The position numbers and the translations under genes are program-made. From a virus (lineage: Duplodnaviria; Caudoviricetes), in the IMG/VR virus record IMGVR_UViG_3300033066_001150, positions 33,979 through 97,978 of that record: 64,000 nt of DNA; one strand, given 5' to 3'. Below the pieces are notes generated by a model, which searched no databases, had not been told where the DNA came from, and saw nothing but the letters and a program-made list of their open reading frames with translations. Shown here in pieces: positions 17,032 to 26,942 of the stretch. How positions within the stretch are numbered: position 1 is the stretch's first letter; every line of letters begins with the position of its first letter.

Positions 17032-18192
17032 ATGTTCGTGGATTACGTGCTCAATGGTCAGGGACATGGTCCCGTGGCCGAGCAGCTGATGGGGACTCAC
17101 TTCGATCCCGGTCTTCTCCGACCGTATATCGACAGTCGTGGTCGCAAGGTTGTGATGGTCCACACGGGCCAGTTCGCCACCAACAAAGACACGGGTCGTC
17201 AAGAACCCATCTACAAGAAGCGCCTCGTGAGCGAGCTTGTGGCGGGTGGGATGTACTCCCCGGTCTTCAACGCCACGTCCCTGCGGAAGCAGGAGTGGGT
17301 GCAGCTGGATTCGGTGGTGCTCAAGGCCGCCCGTGCCCGGTTGCGAGCGTGGGGGGATTTGGCCGCGTCGAACACTTATAGCGGTTTCAACGGCATGAGC
17401 CGGACCGTGCTCGAACACGAGCAGATGAGTGATCCCGGCGAGGCGATGGTCGATATGGATGGCCTGACCGAAGGCCGTTCGGACCGTCCCCGGTTCGATC
17501 TGCAGGGTCTCCCCCTGCCGATCACTCACAGTGACTTCTGGTTCAGTTCGCGGCAACTGGCGGTCTCCCGGAATACGGGAACCCCGCTGGACGCCACGAT
17601 GGCCGAAGCCGCTGGACGCCGCGTTGCCGAAATGATTGAGAAGACGACCATCGGCACCATCACGGGGATGCGGACGAGCAAGGTGGGCAGCCTGCTGTCC
17701 GCCGCACCGCAGGTCTACGGGTATACGAACTACCCGCAGCGCATTACCAAGAACGACCTCACTGTTCCAACCGGTTCCAATGCCGGTTCGACGGTGGCTG
17801 ACGTTTTGGAAATGCGGGATATGTTGTACGACGTCAACCGCTTTGGCCCGTTCATGCTGTACCACAGCAAGGACTGGGACCAGTTCATGGACAACGACTA
17901 CGTCCTGACCGGTGGCAACGTTGCAACTCAGACCCTGCGCGAGCGCCTTCGGGCCATTGAAGGGATTCAGGATGTCCGTCGCTTGGACTTCCTGACCGAT
18001 ACCTTCACCCTGTTGATGGTCCAGATGACCCCGGATGTGGCCCGTGCCGTGATCGGGATGGACCTGACGACGGTGCAGTGGGAATCGCAAGGCGGTATGC
18101 GCTTGAACTTCAAGGTCATGTGCATCCACGTGCCCCAACTGCGCAGCGACTTCAACGGTTCGTGCGGGATTCTCCACGCCACCACGGCGTAG
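17032..18192 (+). CDS. Major capsid protein (HK97 fold, linocin/encapsulin-like group)
   Basis: 386 aa; NATSLRKQEWVQLD, LPLPITHSDF, YGYTNYP, FKVMCIHVPQLRSD; strong codon bias; position. Confidence 0.9.
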   Translation: MFVDYVLNGQGHGPVAEQLMGTHFDPGLLRPYIDSRGRKVVMVHTGQFATNKDTGRQEPIYKKRLVSELVAGGMYSPVFNATSLRKQEWVQLDSVVLKAARARLRAWGDLAASNTYSGFNGMSRTVLEHEQMSDPGEAMVDMDGLTEGRSDRPRFDLQGLPLPITHSDFWFSSRQLAVSRNTGTPLDATMAEAAGRRVAEMIEKTTIGTITGMRTSKVGSLLSAAPQVYGYTNYPQRITKNDLTVPTGSNAGSTVADVLEMRDMLYDVNRFGPFMLYHSKDWDQFMDNDYVLTGGNVATQTLRERLRAIEGIQDVRRLDFLTDTFTLLMVQMTPDVARAVIGMDLTTVQWESQGGMRLNFKVMCIHVPQLRSDFNGSCGILHATTA

Positions 18193-18275
18193 TCCAGTCC
18201 AGAATGCTAGCCTAGGCGTTTAGGCCAGAGGGGTGTGAAGCCCCCTTCCCTCTCACTCTTTTCAGGATCGCTATT

Positions 18276-18755
18276 ATGGTCAAGACACAGAAGCCCCCCA
18301 AACAAAAGATGCGTTTCCGATTGCTGCAAGGCCTGCACACCACGGGGCGTCAACAAGACACCACGAAGATGACGGTTCTCCAGCAGCAGTTGGACGAGGG
18401 CATGATCACACAAGCCCAGTTCGACGAACAGACCAAGGACCTCCAACCCCGGCGTATTTTCCACGCCGGTGAAATTGTGGAAAGTCGGACGGACCTGCTT
18501 CGCCTCAACGGTCCCCATCCGATGGTCCCCAAGTTCGCACGGGCGGACGAGGACGTGGCCTCGATGGTCCCACAACCGTATCAGTCCCCGGAAACCCGAC
18601 CGGCCCCGGTGGATGTGGACGACACGTTGACTGGGATGACGTTGGAGCAACTGAAGAAGATGGCCCGAGCCGAAGCCATTGATATCAAGGGCCTGACGAC
18701 TGTGGAAGAGATCGCCGACCGGATTCGACAGTCCATGGAAGAACTGGACGCCTAA
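18276..18755 (+). CDS. Hypothetical head-associated protein with C-terminal Rho-N-like helical motif
   Basis: LTGMTLEQLKKMARAEAIDIKG; follows MCP. Confidence 0.6.
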   Translation: MVKTQKPPKQKMRFRLLQGLHTTGRQQDTTKMTVLQQQLDEGMITQAQFDEQTKDLQPRRIFHAGEIVESRTDLLRLNGPHPMVPKFARADEDVASMVPQPYQSPETRPAPVDVDDTLTGMTLEQLKKMARAEAIDIKGLTTVEEIADRIRQSMEELDA

Positions 18756-18796
18756 GGGTTTCGTTTCCTCCACGTATCGTTTATCGAGAACCCCTG

Positions 18797-19216
18797 ATGG
18801 CCATTCGCACGACTGATTCCGTCGTACAAAAGATTCTGGGTCCCAACTATGACGGGACCACGGATCTGGAAGAAGTCATGACGACGGCCTCGGTGTTCAT
18901 CGACCTTGTGGTCCAGTGTGCGGCTCGTAAGTCTGTGACCCTTACGAGCACGCAACTGGAACGCATGGAAGCCTATGTGGCGGCCCATCTCTACGGGCAC
19001 GGGGACCAGTTCTATCAGTCCCGAAGCACACAAGGCGCCAGCGGGTCCTTCCAAGGCTCTACGTCGCAAATTGGACTGGAAGGTAGTCAGTATGGTCAAA
19101 CGGCATTGCGGTTGGACACTAGTGGCTGCTTGAACGCGCTCCACAACAAAGCTCGGGTCGGGATGACGTGGTTGGGCACCAAGGCCACGAACGTAACCCG
19201 CATCGGGGGCGAGTAG
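18797..19216 (+). CDS. Head-tail adaptor
   Basis: 139 aa; E.YVAAHL, S.YGQ.A..LD.SG.L; position. Confidence 0.7.
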   Translation: MAIRTTDSVVQKILGPNYDGTTDLEEVMTTASVFIDLVVQCAARKSVTLTSTQLERMEAYVAAHLYGHGDQFYQSRSTQGASGSFQGSTSQIGLEGSQYGQTALRLDTSGCLNALHNKARVGMTWLGTKATNVTRIGGE

Positions 19217-19218
19217 TC

Positions 19219-19596
19219 ATGCCGGCTGTGGAAGTCGTTGATTTTATTCACTATGCCGTTCTCTGGAGGAAAGCCGGTTCTGATAGGTTTGGGAAACCGA
19301 TCACATCTAACCCAGTTGAAATCCGTTGTCGATGGATTGAGACTCGCAAAGAAAAGACCGATGCCCAAGGCAACACAGTCACCATAGATGCTCAAGTTTA
19401 CATCAATACGGATATCACTGTGGGTAGTTTAATGTGGAAGGGTCGATTGTCCGAACTGCTGGGGACCGCCAGCCCCATGTCTGGGAATATTATGCAGGTC
19501 ATTTCGTTCAACAGGACCCCAGATCTCAAAGGTCGCAATCATCGTTCTATGGCTAGTGTGTCCCGTTATATGGACACACTGCCCGAAACCGTATAG
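19219..19596 (+). CDS. Head closure protein
   Basis: W...G.DRFGKP....PVEI.CRW pattern; position. Confidence 0.7.
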   Translation: MPAVEVVDFIHYAVLWRKAGSDRFGKPITSNPVEIRCRWIETRKEKTDAQGNTVTIDAQVYINTDITVGSLMWKGRLSELLGTASPMSGNIMQVISFNRTPDLKGRNHRSMASVSRYMDTLPETV

Positions 19597-19659
19597 CCAC
19601 TGGTGGAGAAATGCCCTAGTTGTCCGGGGGCCATTCACGGAACGATGCCCACCAGTGGC
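19596..19659. repeat. Perfect 11-bp inverted repeat GCCACTGGTGG/CCACCAGTGGC upstream of holin-like gene
   Basis: Arms at 19596-19606 and 19649-19659. Confidence 0.7.
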
Positions 19660-19672
19660 CTTGAGGAATTCC

Positions 19673-20326
19673 ATGTTCGACAAATTCCCCGCAAAAGCGT
19701 TCCGTAACTGGCTGTCGTTGGGTTCGCCCCATCGACGGACAAGGTCTGTGAACGCGAAACGTCAGCATTTTTCGGAAACAACAGCTTCTGGAAAATTCAC
19801 GGAAGGGGCCTCAGTGACTAATAAGAAGAACGTGTTGATTGTGTTGATATTTTTTGCGACGACAGCCGTCACGAATTGTGTGCTTTTGCTGGCCGCTAAC
19901 TTGACGGACGAACCTCAAGTTGTGGCGGAGGCGATGCCGCAGATTTTCGAGTCTGTACGGTTGACATCCATGTGTGTGCTGGGCGCTACGGCCGGGACAC
20001 TGTTGCGGCTGTGCTGGGCGCCAACCAAGGAATTGGTAACAGTAGAACCGCGGGGGCTCATTGTCCTGTTAGCGCGGAAAGCAATGGTCTCTATGGTGTG
20101 TGGGGTCTTTGTGACACCTGCCATTTTTCGGTTCACGCCACTAATTCCGGAACCGGACTTGCTCGTGCTTGTGAGTGGTCTTGTGGCCTTCTGTGGGGAT
20201 GTGGTCGTCATGCCCATCCTTATCAATCTACAAACAAGAGTTGCTTCTCGCGGTGAGAAGATTGTGGATAGTGTGCTCGGTGACGAATCAAATCACAAAA
20301 AAGGAAAACGGAATGTCCCTGATTGA
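19673..20326 (+). CDS. Multi-pass membrane protein, holin-like (alternative start GTG 19814)
   Basis: About four hydrophobic segments and a basic C-terminus; two in-frame starts each with an RBS-like purine run. Confidence 0.55.
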   Translation: MFDKFPAKAFRNWLSLGSPHRRTRSVNAKRQHFSETTASGKFTEGASVTNKKNVLIVLIFFATTAVTNCVLLLAANLTDEPQVVAEAMPQIFESVRLTSMCVLGATAGTLLRLCWAPTKELVTVEPRGLIVLLARKAMVSMVCGVFVTPAIFRFTPLIPEPDLLVLVSGLVAFCGDVVVMPILINLQTRVASRGEKIVDSVLGDESNHKKGKRNVPD

Positions 20327-20543
20327 GCTGCTCTCCTTGGTCAAAAAGTACGGTCCTCTGTTCCAGCAACTGGGACCATACATCACTCAGCTGGTCTCCC
20401 TGATCCGGGAAATCATCGCCATCCTGAAGTCCGATGTCCCGCCCACCGTCGGAACCAGTACGGATATCACTCTGGACGAGTTCTGTGCACAAAGCGGTCT
20501 GTCGGAAGAACAGGCCAAGGAACTCGCCGCGGCTTTCGAGTAA
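20313..20543 (+). CDS. Small amphipathic protein
   Basis: AAGGA RBS; MSLIELLSLVKKYGP... Confidence 0.6.
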   Translation: MSLIELLSLVKKYGPLFQQLGPYITQLVSLIREIIAILKSDVPPTVGTSTDITLDEFCAQSGLSEEQAKELAAAFE

Positions 20544-20592
20544 TACGTCCAGACTTTCCCCCTTTCCTTCCCCCAGCAATGCAGGTGTGACA

Positions 20593-21393
20593 ATGAAATG
20601 GTTCCTCGCCTTACTGCTTGTTCCCCTTTCCCTTCCTCCAACCTTGGCGCAAGAGAATACCGCCGTCGCGAAAGCGGTGATCACCAGTCGTTCGGGGGAA
20701 GACGTGCCGGTGACGTTGCCTCGCGGCGGCGGTTACTTTTTCTCCGCCAAGAAGTCCGTATATGGGACCAACCCGTTGTCCGTGCAGTGGGAAGTGGAAC
20801 CCGAGCTACTGGGACAGCGGAGTGAGGAGTTGGTGATTCTGGATAAGGACGGAACTCCCAATCCTTGTCTCTACGTGCCCTACGGCAACGAGTTTGATAC
20901 GATTGTTGTGCGGTTATACGTCTCGCTGAATGATCAGGGAGCTCGCACCAAGATCAATGTCAAGATCGGGAATGGTCCCCGTCCGGGACCCCCCGACCCG
21001 CCGGGACCTACGCCTCCCGACCCGCCGGGACCTACGCCTCCCGATCCCACACCGACTCCGGGCGCCTTCCGGGTTATCTTTGTTCATGAGTCCGGTGAGT
21101 TGTTGCCTCCGGGACAGGCCTCGGCTACGGCAGCCGCCTCGATCCGGGAATACCTCAACACCAAGGCCACCAAAGAGCAAGGGCAACCGAGTTGGCGGTT
21201 GTATGATAAGGACACGGAAGCCGGAAATGATTATTCTGGCATGAACGAACTGTGGACGGCCGTCAGACCAAAAATCTCCCAAGTCCCTTGTATCGTCATC
21301 CTGTCACCCAAGGATGGCAAAGCCCACATCGAAACATGGCCCGCCACGGTGGCGGACGTCCTCAAGTTGCTCAAGACGTATGGAGGGGAATGA
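20593..21393 (+). CDS. Exported protein: signal peptide, beta domain, Pro-rich linker, thioredoxin-like C-domain
   Basis: MKWFLALLLVPLSLPPTLA-QE; (PPDPPGPT) repeats encoded by a near-perfect 24-nt tandem repeat at ~20990-21050. Confidence 0.7.
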   Translation: MKWFLALLLVPLSLPPTLAQENTAVAKAVITSRSGEDVPVTLPRGGGYFFSAKKSVYGTNPLSVQWEVEPELLGQRSEELVILDKDGTPNPCLYVPYGNEFDTIVVRLYVSLNDQGARTKINVKIGNGPRPGPPDPPGPTPPDPPGPTPPDPTPTPGAFRVIFVHESGELLPPGQASATAAASIREYLNTKATKEQGQPSWRLYDKDTEAGNDYSGMNELWTAVRPKISQVPCIVILSPKDGKAHIETWPATVADVLKLLKTYGGE

Positions 21394-21394
21394 T

Positions 21395-22237
21395 ATGGAT
21401 TTCTACAAGACCAACATCCCCATCATCGATTTGGAAAACACCACACCAGAAGGGGACGCCATGTTGCGTCCGGGTGGGGTGGAGTTTGGGGCGGTCCCCC
21501 GGGACTACTCGGTCCAACCGCAGGAAATGTTCGCTTCCCCCACGGAGATGAAACAAATCCCAGAATCGGACTGGGACGCTTATTACGACGAACAGGAAGC
21601 CCAGAAGTCGTCCCTCGAGCACTTATACCTGAGTGGACCTGACGGGGGTCCGGTCTTTCCCAATTTGGACCAGAATGGGGATGGGTACTGCTGGGCTTAC
21701 TCCACAGCCCATGCCGTTATGATGGACCGGTTACGGCGGAACTTGCCGTATCGGCGTCTCAATCCGCACAGTGTGGCCGCCATTATCAAGAAGGGCGAGA
21801 ACGAGGGCGGTTGGTGTGGGTTGTCCGCCCAATTCATGAAAGAGAACGGGTGCGCATTGGAAGGTTCCACAGCGGGGACATGGCCACTACACTCCCGGGA
21901 TTTGAAGTACAACACACCGGAACTCCGGGCTGTCATGAAACAGTACCGGATTGACGAGGACTGGTATGACTTGACCAAGCAGGTCTACAATCAGTCTCTG
22001 ACACAACAGCAAGTCGCCACGTGCTTGTTCCAGAACACGCCGGTTCCCTCGGACTTCAATTGGTGGGGTCACTCCGTGTGCTCCATCCGTAAGGTGCGTC
22101 TGGAGCGGGGGTCCTGGGGCTTGATGATCCTCAACTCTTGGAAGAACTGGGGCCGTCACGGTCTGGCTGTCCTGCGGGGAAGTCAAGCTATCCCCAATGG
22201 GGCCGTCGCCATTCGTTCTACGACGAGTCACAACTAA
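21395..22237 (+). CDS. Papain-like (C1 family) cysteine peptidase
   Basis: DQNGDGYCWAYS (Q/C), WWGHSVC (H), ILNSWKNWG (N). Confidence 0.88.
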   Translation: MDFYKTNIPIIDLENTTPEGDAMLRPGGVEFGAVPRDYSVQPQEMFASPTEMKQIPESDWDAYYDEQEAQKSSLEHLYLSGPDGGPVFPNLDQNGDGYCWAYSTAHAVMMDRLRRNLPYRRLNPHSVAAIIKKGENEGGWCGLSAQFMKENGCALEGSTAGTWPLHSRDLKYNTPELRAVMKQYRIDEDWYDLTKQVYNQSLTQQQVATCLFQNTPVPSDFNWWGHSVCSIRKVRLERGSWGLMILNSWKNWGRHGLAVLRGSQAIPNGAVAIRSTTSHN

Positions 22238-22692
22238 TGCACACCCTGTTGCTTTCCTTAGCTTTGGTTACGGGCCTCGAGGTTGTGGACCACACATCCC
22301 AATCCCCCGGGATGACGGTGCAGGACCACTGTGTCCCCCGTCGTTCTTTGGAAGTGGTGGTCCACACCCTCCCCGTCCCCAAAGCTAAGAGGAATGTGGG
22401 GTACACAACGCGGTCGGCGGTGAAATTTTGGTATCACGGAGGTTACTGGCCCCAAGCCAAACATCTCAACGAAGGGGAACATACGGGGCTGTTCGACACA
22501 CGTTGGTTGTCCACTCTTTCTCCCCAAGATTTGTTGAACCTGCATAGCGACGCCCACGAGGGTCGGGTGAACTGGGAATATGCTTTCCGTCCCGGAGAAT
22601 TTGTAGTACCTGAAAAAGTGACTGTCCCGACTCCAGCCCGACGGATGGTCCAACGTTGCATCAATGGTCGTTGCTACTTGATTTGGGAATAA
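22237..22692 (+). CDS. Exported His/Cys protein
   Basis: Signal-like N-terminus; HL...EH...LH.DAH; terminal CINGRC. Confidence 0.6.
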   Translation: MHTLLLSLALVTGLEVVDHTSQSPGMTVQDHCVPRRSLEVVVHTLPVPKAKRNVGYTTRSAVKFWYHGGYWPQAKHLNEGEHTGLFDTRWLSTLSPQDLLNLHSDAHEGRVNWEYAFRPGEFVVPEKVTVPTPARRMVQRCINGRCYLIWE

Positions 22693-22696
22693 AGAC

Positions 22697-23470
22697 GTGC
22701 CAACGTTGTTTGATGCACAACCCAAGAATGCTAACTTGACTGCTCTGGCGGGATTGACGTCAGCAGCAGATCGTCTTCCTTATTTTACGGGTTCGGGAAC
22801 CGCTGCGCTCGCAACGTTTACTTCAGCGGCTAGAAACCTCCTGGATGATACTACCGCTGCGGCGATGGCGACCACTTTAGGCCTAGGAACGGGAGACTCT
22901 GTAACCCATAACAATCTCACCCTAGGAGACGGAACCGGCCAGCACCGTATCAATCTGGATTCGGCAGCAGGGCAAACGCCCGGTATTGCCTGGAAGGTTG
23001 GAGGACTCTTCCGCTGGCTGTTTTACACGACGAACGCGGAGACAGGGAGTGATGCGGGGTCTGATCTTGTATTTGGTCGCGCATTTGATGATACGGGTAC
23101 AGGAATCGACAACCCGATTACGATCACTAGAGCGGCGGGCGGGCTGATTACTATTGCCCGCCCAATGTCTTGTAATAGTACGCTGACGATTGGTAGCGGG
23201 ATCACGTTCAACGACAACAAACACATTACTGCCAATACCACTACTGGAACAAAGATAGCGACCGCGACCACACAGAAGCTAGGCTTCTGGAACGCCACTC
23301 CAGTCGTTCAACCTTCTGGAGCTGCTCAAGCTGCTGTAGCGACTACTGCTGCTACCAACTCTACACCTTGGGGATTCACTACTCAAGCTCAGGCAGATGC
23401 GATCGTGACTTTAGTCAACGCACTTCGTTCCGCGCTGGTGTCGGCGGGTATTATCAAGGGCAGCGCGTAA
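22697..23470 (+). CDS. Fibre-like structural protein
   Basis: [38 protein letters not shown] is a recurrent phage fibre segment; [13 protein letters not shown]. Confidence 0.7.
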   Translation: MPTLFDAQPKNANLTALAGLTSAADRLPYFTGSGTAALATFTSAARNLLDDTTAAAMATTLGLGTGDSVTHNNLTLGDGTGQHRINLDSAAGQTPGIAWKVGGLFRWLFYTTNAETGSDAGSDLVFGRAFDDTGTGIDNPITITRAAGGLITIARPMSCNSTLTIGSGITFNDNKHITANTTTGTKIATATTQKLGFWNATPVVQPSGAAQAAVATTAATNSTPWGFTTQAQADAIVTLVNALRSALVSAGIIKGSA

Positions 23471-23700
23471 TGGCCACGACGGCAGAAATTCAAGCAGCGG
23501 TGGAGCGGGATAAGCGTATTTACGCGGATGATTTGCACCGTGACGCAGTGGTCCGTGCTATCACGGCCGAACAGCGCGTGCAGGTACTAACCGCAGAGGT
23601 CGAGGAGCTGCGCCGTAAACTTGCAGAACTCGTGCCGGCTGCCGAGCCGGACGACACAAGTGACGGCATTGTTGTTGAAACCGAACAGGATGCAGAGTAA
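23470..23700 (+). CDS. Small coiled-coil protein (possible fibre chaperone)
   Basis: TAATG coupling on both sides. Confidence 0.55.
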   Translation: MATTAEIQAAVERDKRIYADDLHRDAVVRAITAEQRVQVLTAEVEELRRKLAELVPAAEPDDTSDGIVVETEQDAE

Positions 23701-26525
23701 TGGCGACGTCTCCGGTCGTGTTCTGGCAGCCTGCTGGTTTGACACTAACCGCCCGTGTGTTTGCGGTTGGTAGCGACACGCAGGTCGGAACGGACTATAG
23801 CCCGACAGAGTCTACGAACCGGAAGGGGCGTTATTCGTTTAACGTGACCTCGGGTATTGCCGGGGCTCACGACGTCCATGTCTTTGAAGGTGCTACATTA
23901 CGAGCTGCGTTTCGTGTAATCATGGTGGATGACACGACAGAAAAAGAGTGCCGCGACCCCGCGTTCATTGTTAGTGGAACGGGAGCCGGACAGCTTTCTG
24001 TCACAAGTGGCGTAGCAGCGGTCAACGTTACTCAATTCGGTGGTTTCGCCGGCACATTTGCCAGTGGCCGACCCGAGGTCAATACAACACATTGGGGTGG
24101 AATAGCAGTTGCCTCCGCCAATGTGTTGATTGATGGGGCGATTACTGCGGCTAAGATCGCCGCCGACGCGATCACGGATGCCAAAGTGGCGTCGGACGTG
24201 ACGATTGCCAGCGTGACGGGAGCAGTGGGGTCCGTCGCAGGGTCTGTCACGGGGTCTGTGGGTTCAGTTGTGGGAAATGTTGGCGGCAACGTGCTCGGCA
24301 ATGTGCTTGGATCAGTGGATAGTGTTATTGGTTGGATCGGTGGCAGTGTGGCGGGGGGCGTGGTTGGGTCTGTGGGTTCAGTTGTGGGAAATGTTGGCGG
24401 CAATGTGGTTGGGTCTGTTGGCTCAATCAGCGGAATTACGTTCCCGACAAATTTTGCAGCATTGGGTATCAACGTCAGTGGTCATGTCTCACGTGTAACG
24501 TTAGTCGACACGACGACCACTAACACGGATATGCGTGGGACCAACAATGCAGCGCTGGCGGTCGATCTGGCGACAGTTGCCGGATATCTTGATACTGAGA
24601 TTGCGGCTATTCTGGCCGATACCAACGAACTCCAAACTGACTGGACAAACGGTGGACGCCTTGACCTAATTCTGGATGCTCGGGCATCCCAAACGAGTGT
24701 CGACGATCTTCCCACCAATGCAGAACTCGCAACGGCTCTTGCGGCAGCTGATGATGCCACACTGGCGGCCATTGGGGCACTTAATAACCTGAGCGTCGCC
24801 CAAGTCAATGCGGAAGTTGATACCGCACTGGCGGACGTTGGACTGACTACAACGCGAACAGGATACCTTGACAATTTGAGCGCGGGTGCGGCGGCGCTGG
24901 AATCTACAGCACAGAGCATTCTGACCGATACCGCAGAAATCGGGGCGGCTGGTGTTGGTCTGACGGCATTGGCGACGCAGGCCAGCGTAGACACGATCGA
25001 CGCGAATGTGGACGCGATTCTTGTGGATACTGGGACTACAATTCCAGACCAGTTGACCGCGATGTCTGGGGCTACGTTTGATACGGCTACCGATTCGTTG
25101 GAAGCGATACGCAACCGGGGAGACTCTTCTTGGGTGACTGGGGCTTCCGCTCCTACAGCGGTAGATATTCGTACAGAAATCGATAACAATAGCACACAGC
25201 TGGCCGCTATTGTTTCCGACACCAACGAGTTGCAGACGGACTGGGCCAATGGGGGGCGTCTGGATTTGATTCTGGATGCACGGGCCTCGCAGGCTAGTGT
25301 GGACGACCTCCCCACCAACGCCGAACTCACGACCGCCCTTGCAGGTGCAGATGACGCTACGTTGGCTGCGATTGGTTCCTTGAATAATCTCAGTGCGGCC
25401 CAAGTCAACGCAGAGGTTGATACGGCGCTGGCGGATGTGGGACTGACGGTGACACGGACGGGTTATATTGATAACCTAAGTGCTGGTCCTGCTGCCTTGG
25501 AATCCACGGCACAGGCCGTTTTGACAGATACGGCGGAAATTGGTGTGGCGGGGGCGGGGCTCACGGCGCTCGCCAGTGCATCAAACTTGGCGACATTGGC
25601 AGGCTATGTGGACACAGAAGTTGCCGCGATTAAGGCCAAGACAGATAACCTGCCAACAGACCCCGCAGACCAGTCCGCAGTGGAGGCGGCCATTACTGTA
25701 GCCGTTGCTGGACTGAGTACCTTGGACGCCTCCGGTGTTCGGGCGGCTGTTGGTTTGTCCGCGGCGAACCTTGATACTCAATTGGGGGACCTGCCGACGA
25801 ATGCCGAACTGGCGACAGCGCTTGCCAGTGCCGACGATGCCACACTGGCCGCCATTTCCACATTGACCACAAGAGTCGGTGTTCCGGCGGACCTTGGTAC
25901 CGGAGCTACAGTTGCGGCAAACCTCACCGACATCTATAGTGAGGTCTCTGGTAGTGGGGCTGCTTCGACGGGTGCTCGTGTAGTGAATATTACTGTCACA
26001 GACGGGAACAGTGATCCTCTGGAAAATGCCCTTGTGCGGGTTACTCAGGGAATGGAGTCTTACGTCTTAGAATCCGGGGCGGATGGTACGTTGTCCTTTT
26101 CGCTGGACGACGCGACATGGACGGTCTCCATCACGAAGCCCGGTTATCGTTTTGTCCCGATAACATTGGTTGTTGACGGTAACAAAACGATTTCGTATAG
26201 TATATCCCAAGTCTCTATCACACCCTCCGATCCCGGACTGATCACAGGGTACCTCGTGTGTTATGATAATGAAGGAGCGGTGGAGAGCGGGGTCTCTGTT
26301 TATCTCCAACAGATCGAACCGGTAACAGGTTCCGGCATTGCTTACGATGGGGATGTTCGGTCCGCGATTTCTAACGGAGAGGGTGTGGCCGAGTTCACCG
26401 GCTTGTTCTTGGGGGGCCGTTATTACGTGTACCGTGATCAAACGGATGGTCGACCAGTGATGTTCACCATTGACGCGGACCAGACAGACCCCATGGAATT
26501 GCCATCAGTTATTAGTAGGACGTAG
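23700..26525 (+). CDS. Long fibre-like virion protein with GSV/GNV repeats, 200-aa-period duplication and C-terminal Ig/CarboxypepD_reg-like domains
   Basis: Ala/Thr/Asp-rich; DTNELQTDW.NGGRLDLILDARASQ at 24618 and 25218; VNITVTDGNSDPLENALVRV. Confidence 0.75.
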   Translation: MATSPVVFWQPAGLTLTARVFAVGSDTQVGTDYSPTESTNRKGRYSFNVTSGIAGAHDVHVFEGATLRAAFRVIMVDDTTEKECRDPAFIVSGTGAGQLSVTSGVAAVNVTQFGGFAGTFASGRPEVNTTHWGGIAVASANVLIDGAITAAKIAADAITDAKVASDVTIASVTGAVGSVAGSVTGSVGSVVGNVGGNVLGNVLGSVDSVIGWIGGSVAGGVVGSVGSVVGNVGGNVVGSVGSISGITFPTNFAALGINVSGHVSRVTLVDTTTTNTDMRGTNNAALAVDLATVAGYLDTEIAAILADTNELQTDWTNGGRLDLILDARASQTSVDDLPTNAELATALAAADDATLAAIGALNNLSVAQVNAEVDTALADVGLTTTRTGYLDNLSAGAAALESTAQSILTDTAEIGAAGVGLTALATQASVDTIDANVDAILVDTGTTIPDQLTAMSGATFDTATDSLEAIRNRGDSSWVTGASAPTAVDIRTEIDNNSTQLAAIVSDTNELQTDWANGGRLDLILDARASQASVDDLPTNAELTTALAGADDATLAAIGSLNNLSAAQVNAEVDTALADVGLTVTRTGYIDNLSAGPAALESTAQAVLTDTAEIGVAGAGLTALASASNLATLAGYVDTEVAAIKAKTDNLPTDPADQSAVEAAITVAVAGLSTLDASGVRAAVGLSAANLDTQLGDLPTNAELATALASADDATLAAISTLTTRVGVPADLGTGATVAANLTDIYSEVSGSGAASTGARVVNITVTDGNSDPLENALVRVTQGMESYVLESGADGTLSFSLDDATWTVSITKPGYRFVPITLVVDGNKTISYSISQVSITPSDPGLITGYLVCYDNEGAVESGVSVYLQQIEPVTGSGIAYDGDVRSAISNGEGVAEFTGLFLGGRYYVYRDQTDGRPVMFTIDADQTDPMELPSVISRT

Positions 26526-26526
26526 C

Positions 26527-26940
26527 ATGCACGTTGGGGCGCGAGTTTACAAAGCCAAAAAGCTGGAGACGATTTTGCTCGTCAAAGGCCGTAAAACGAG
26601 TCAGTCTGCCAAAGGCCGGATTCGGGTGGGGTATGCCGCTCCCTATGCCAAATATGTGCATGAATTGGTTGGGATGGTACTAGCCGGTCTTCCCCGCCCC
26701 TCGGGTAACGGGACCTATTGGAGTCCCAAAGGCGCCCAAGCCAAGTTTCTGGAACAGCCCTCCCGAATGTTCGCCAAGGACATCGGGTCTTTCATTACAG
26801 CACAAGTGAAACAGAAGATCCCGGTCCTCAAAGCGATGGCTAAAGCTGGATTGATTCTTCTGCGCGAAAGCAAGCGGCTGGTGCCTGTAGACACTGGACG
26901 ACTGATCTCCAGCGGCTATGTCAAAGTCGAGGAGTCATAA
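26527..26940 (+). CDS. HK97 gp10-like tail completion protein
   Basis: VGYAAPYAKYVHE, QAKFLEQP, VPVDTGRL..SG. Confidence 0.75.
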   Translation: MHVGARVYKAKKLETILLVKGRKTSQSAKGRIRVGYAAPYAKYVHELVGMVLAGLPRPSGNGTYWSPKGAQAKFLEQPSRMFAKDIGSFITAQVKQKIPVLKAMAKAGLILLRESKRLVPVDTGRLISSGYVKVEES

Positions 26941-26942
26941 TT

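Noticed and set aside
17008-18177. 389-aa antisense ORF over the capsid gene, and similar long antisense ORFs over portal, TMP, GT and replication genes
   Set aside because: Shadow frames from GC-rich codon bias; no motifs, and fully overlapped by well-supported genes
17032-18192. Cellular encapsulin/bacteriocin locus
   Set aside because: Embedded among portal, protease, connector and tail genes, so it is a phage capsid
18228-18262. Terminator after the major capsid gene
   Set aside because: Only a short, imperfect stem separated from the T-run
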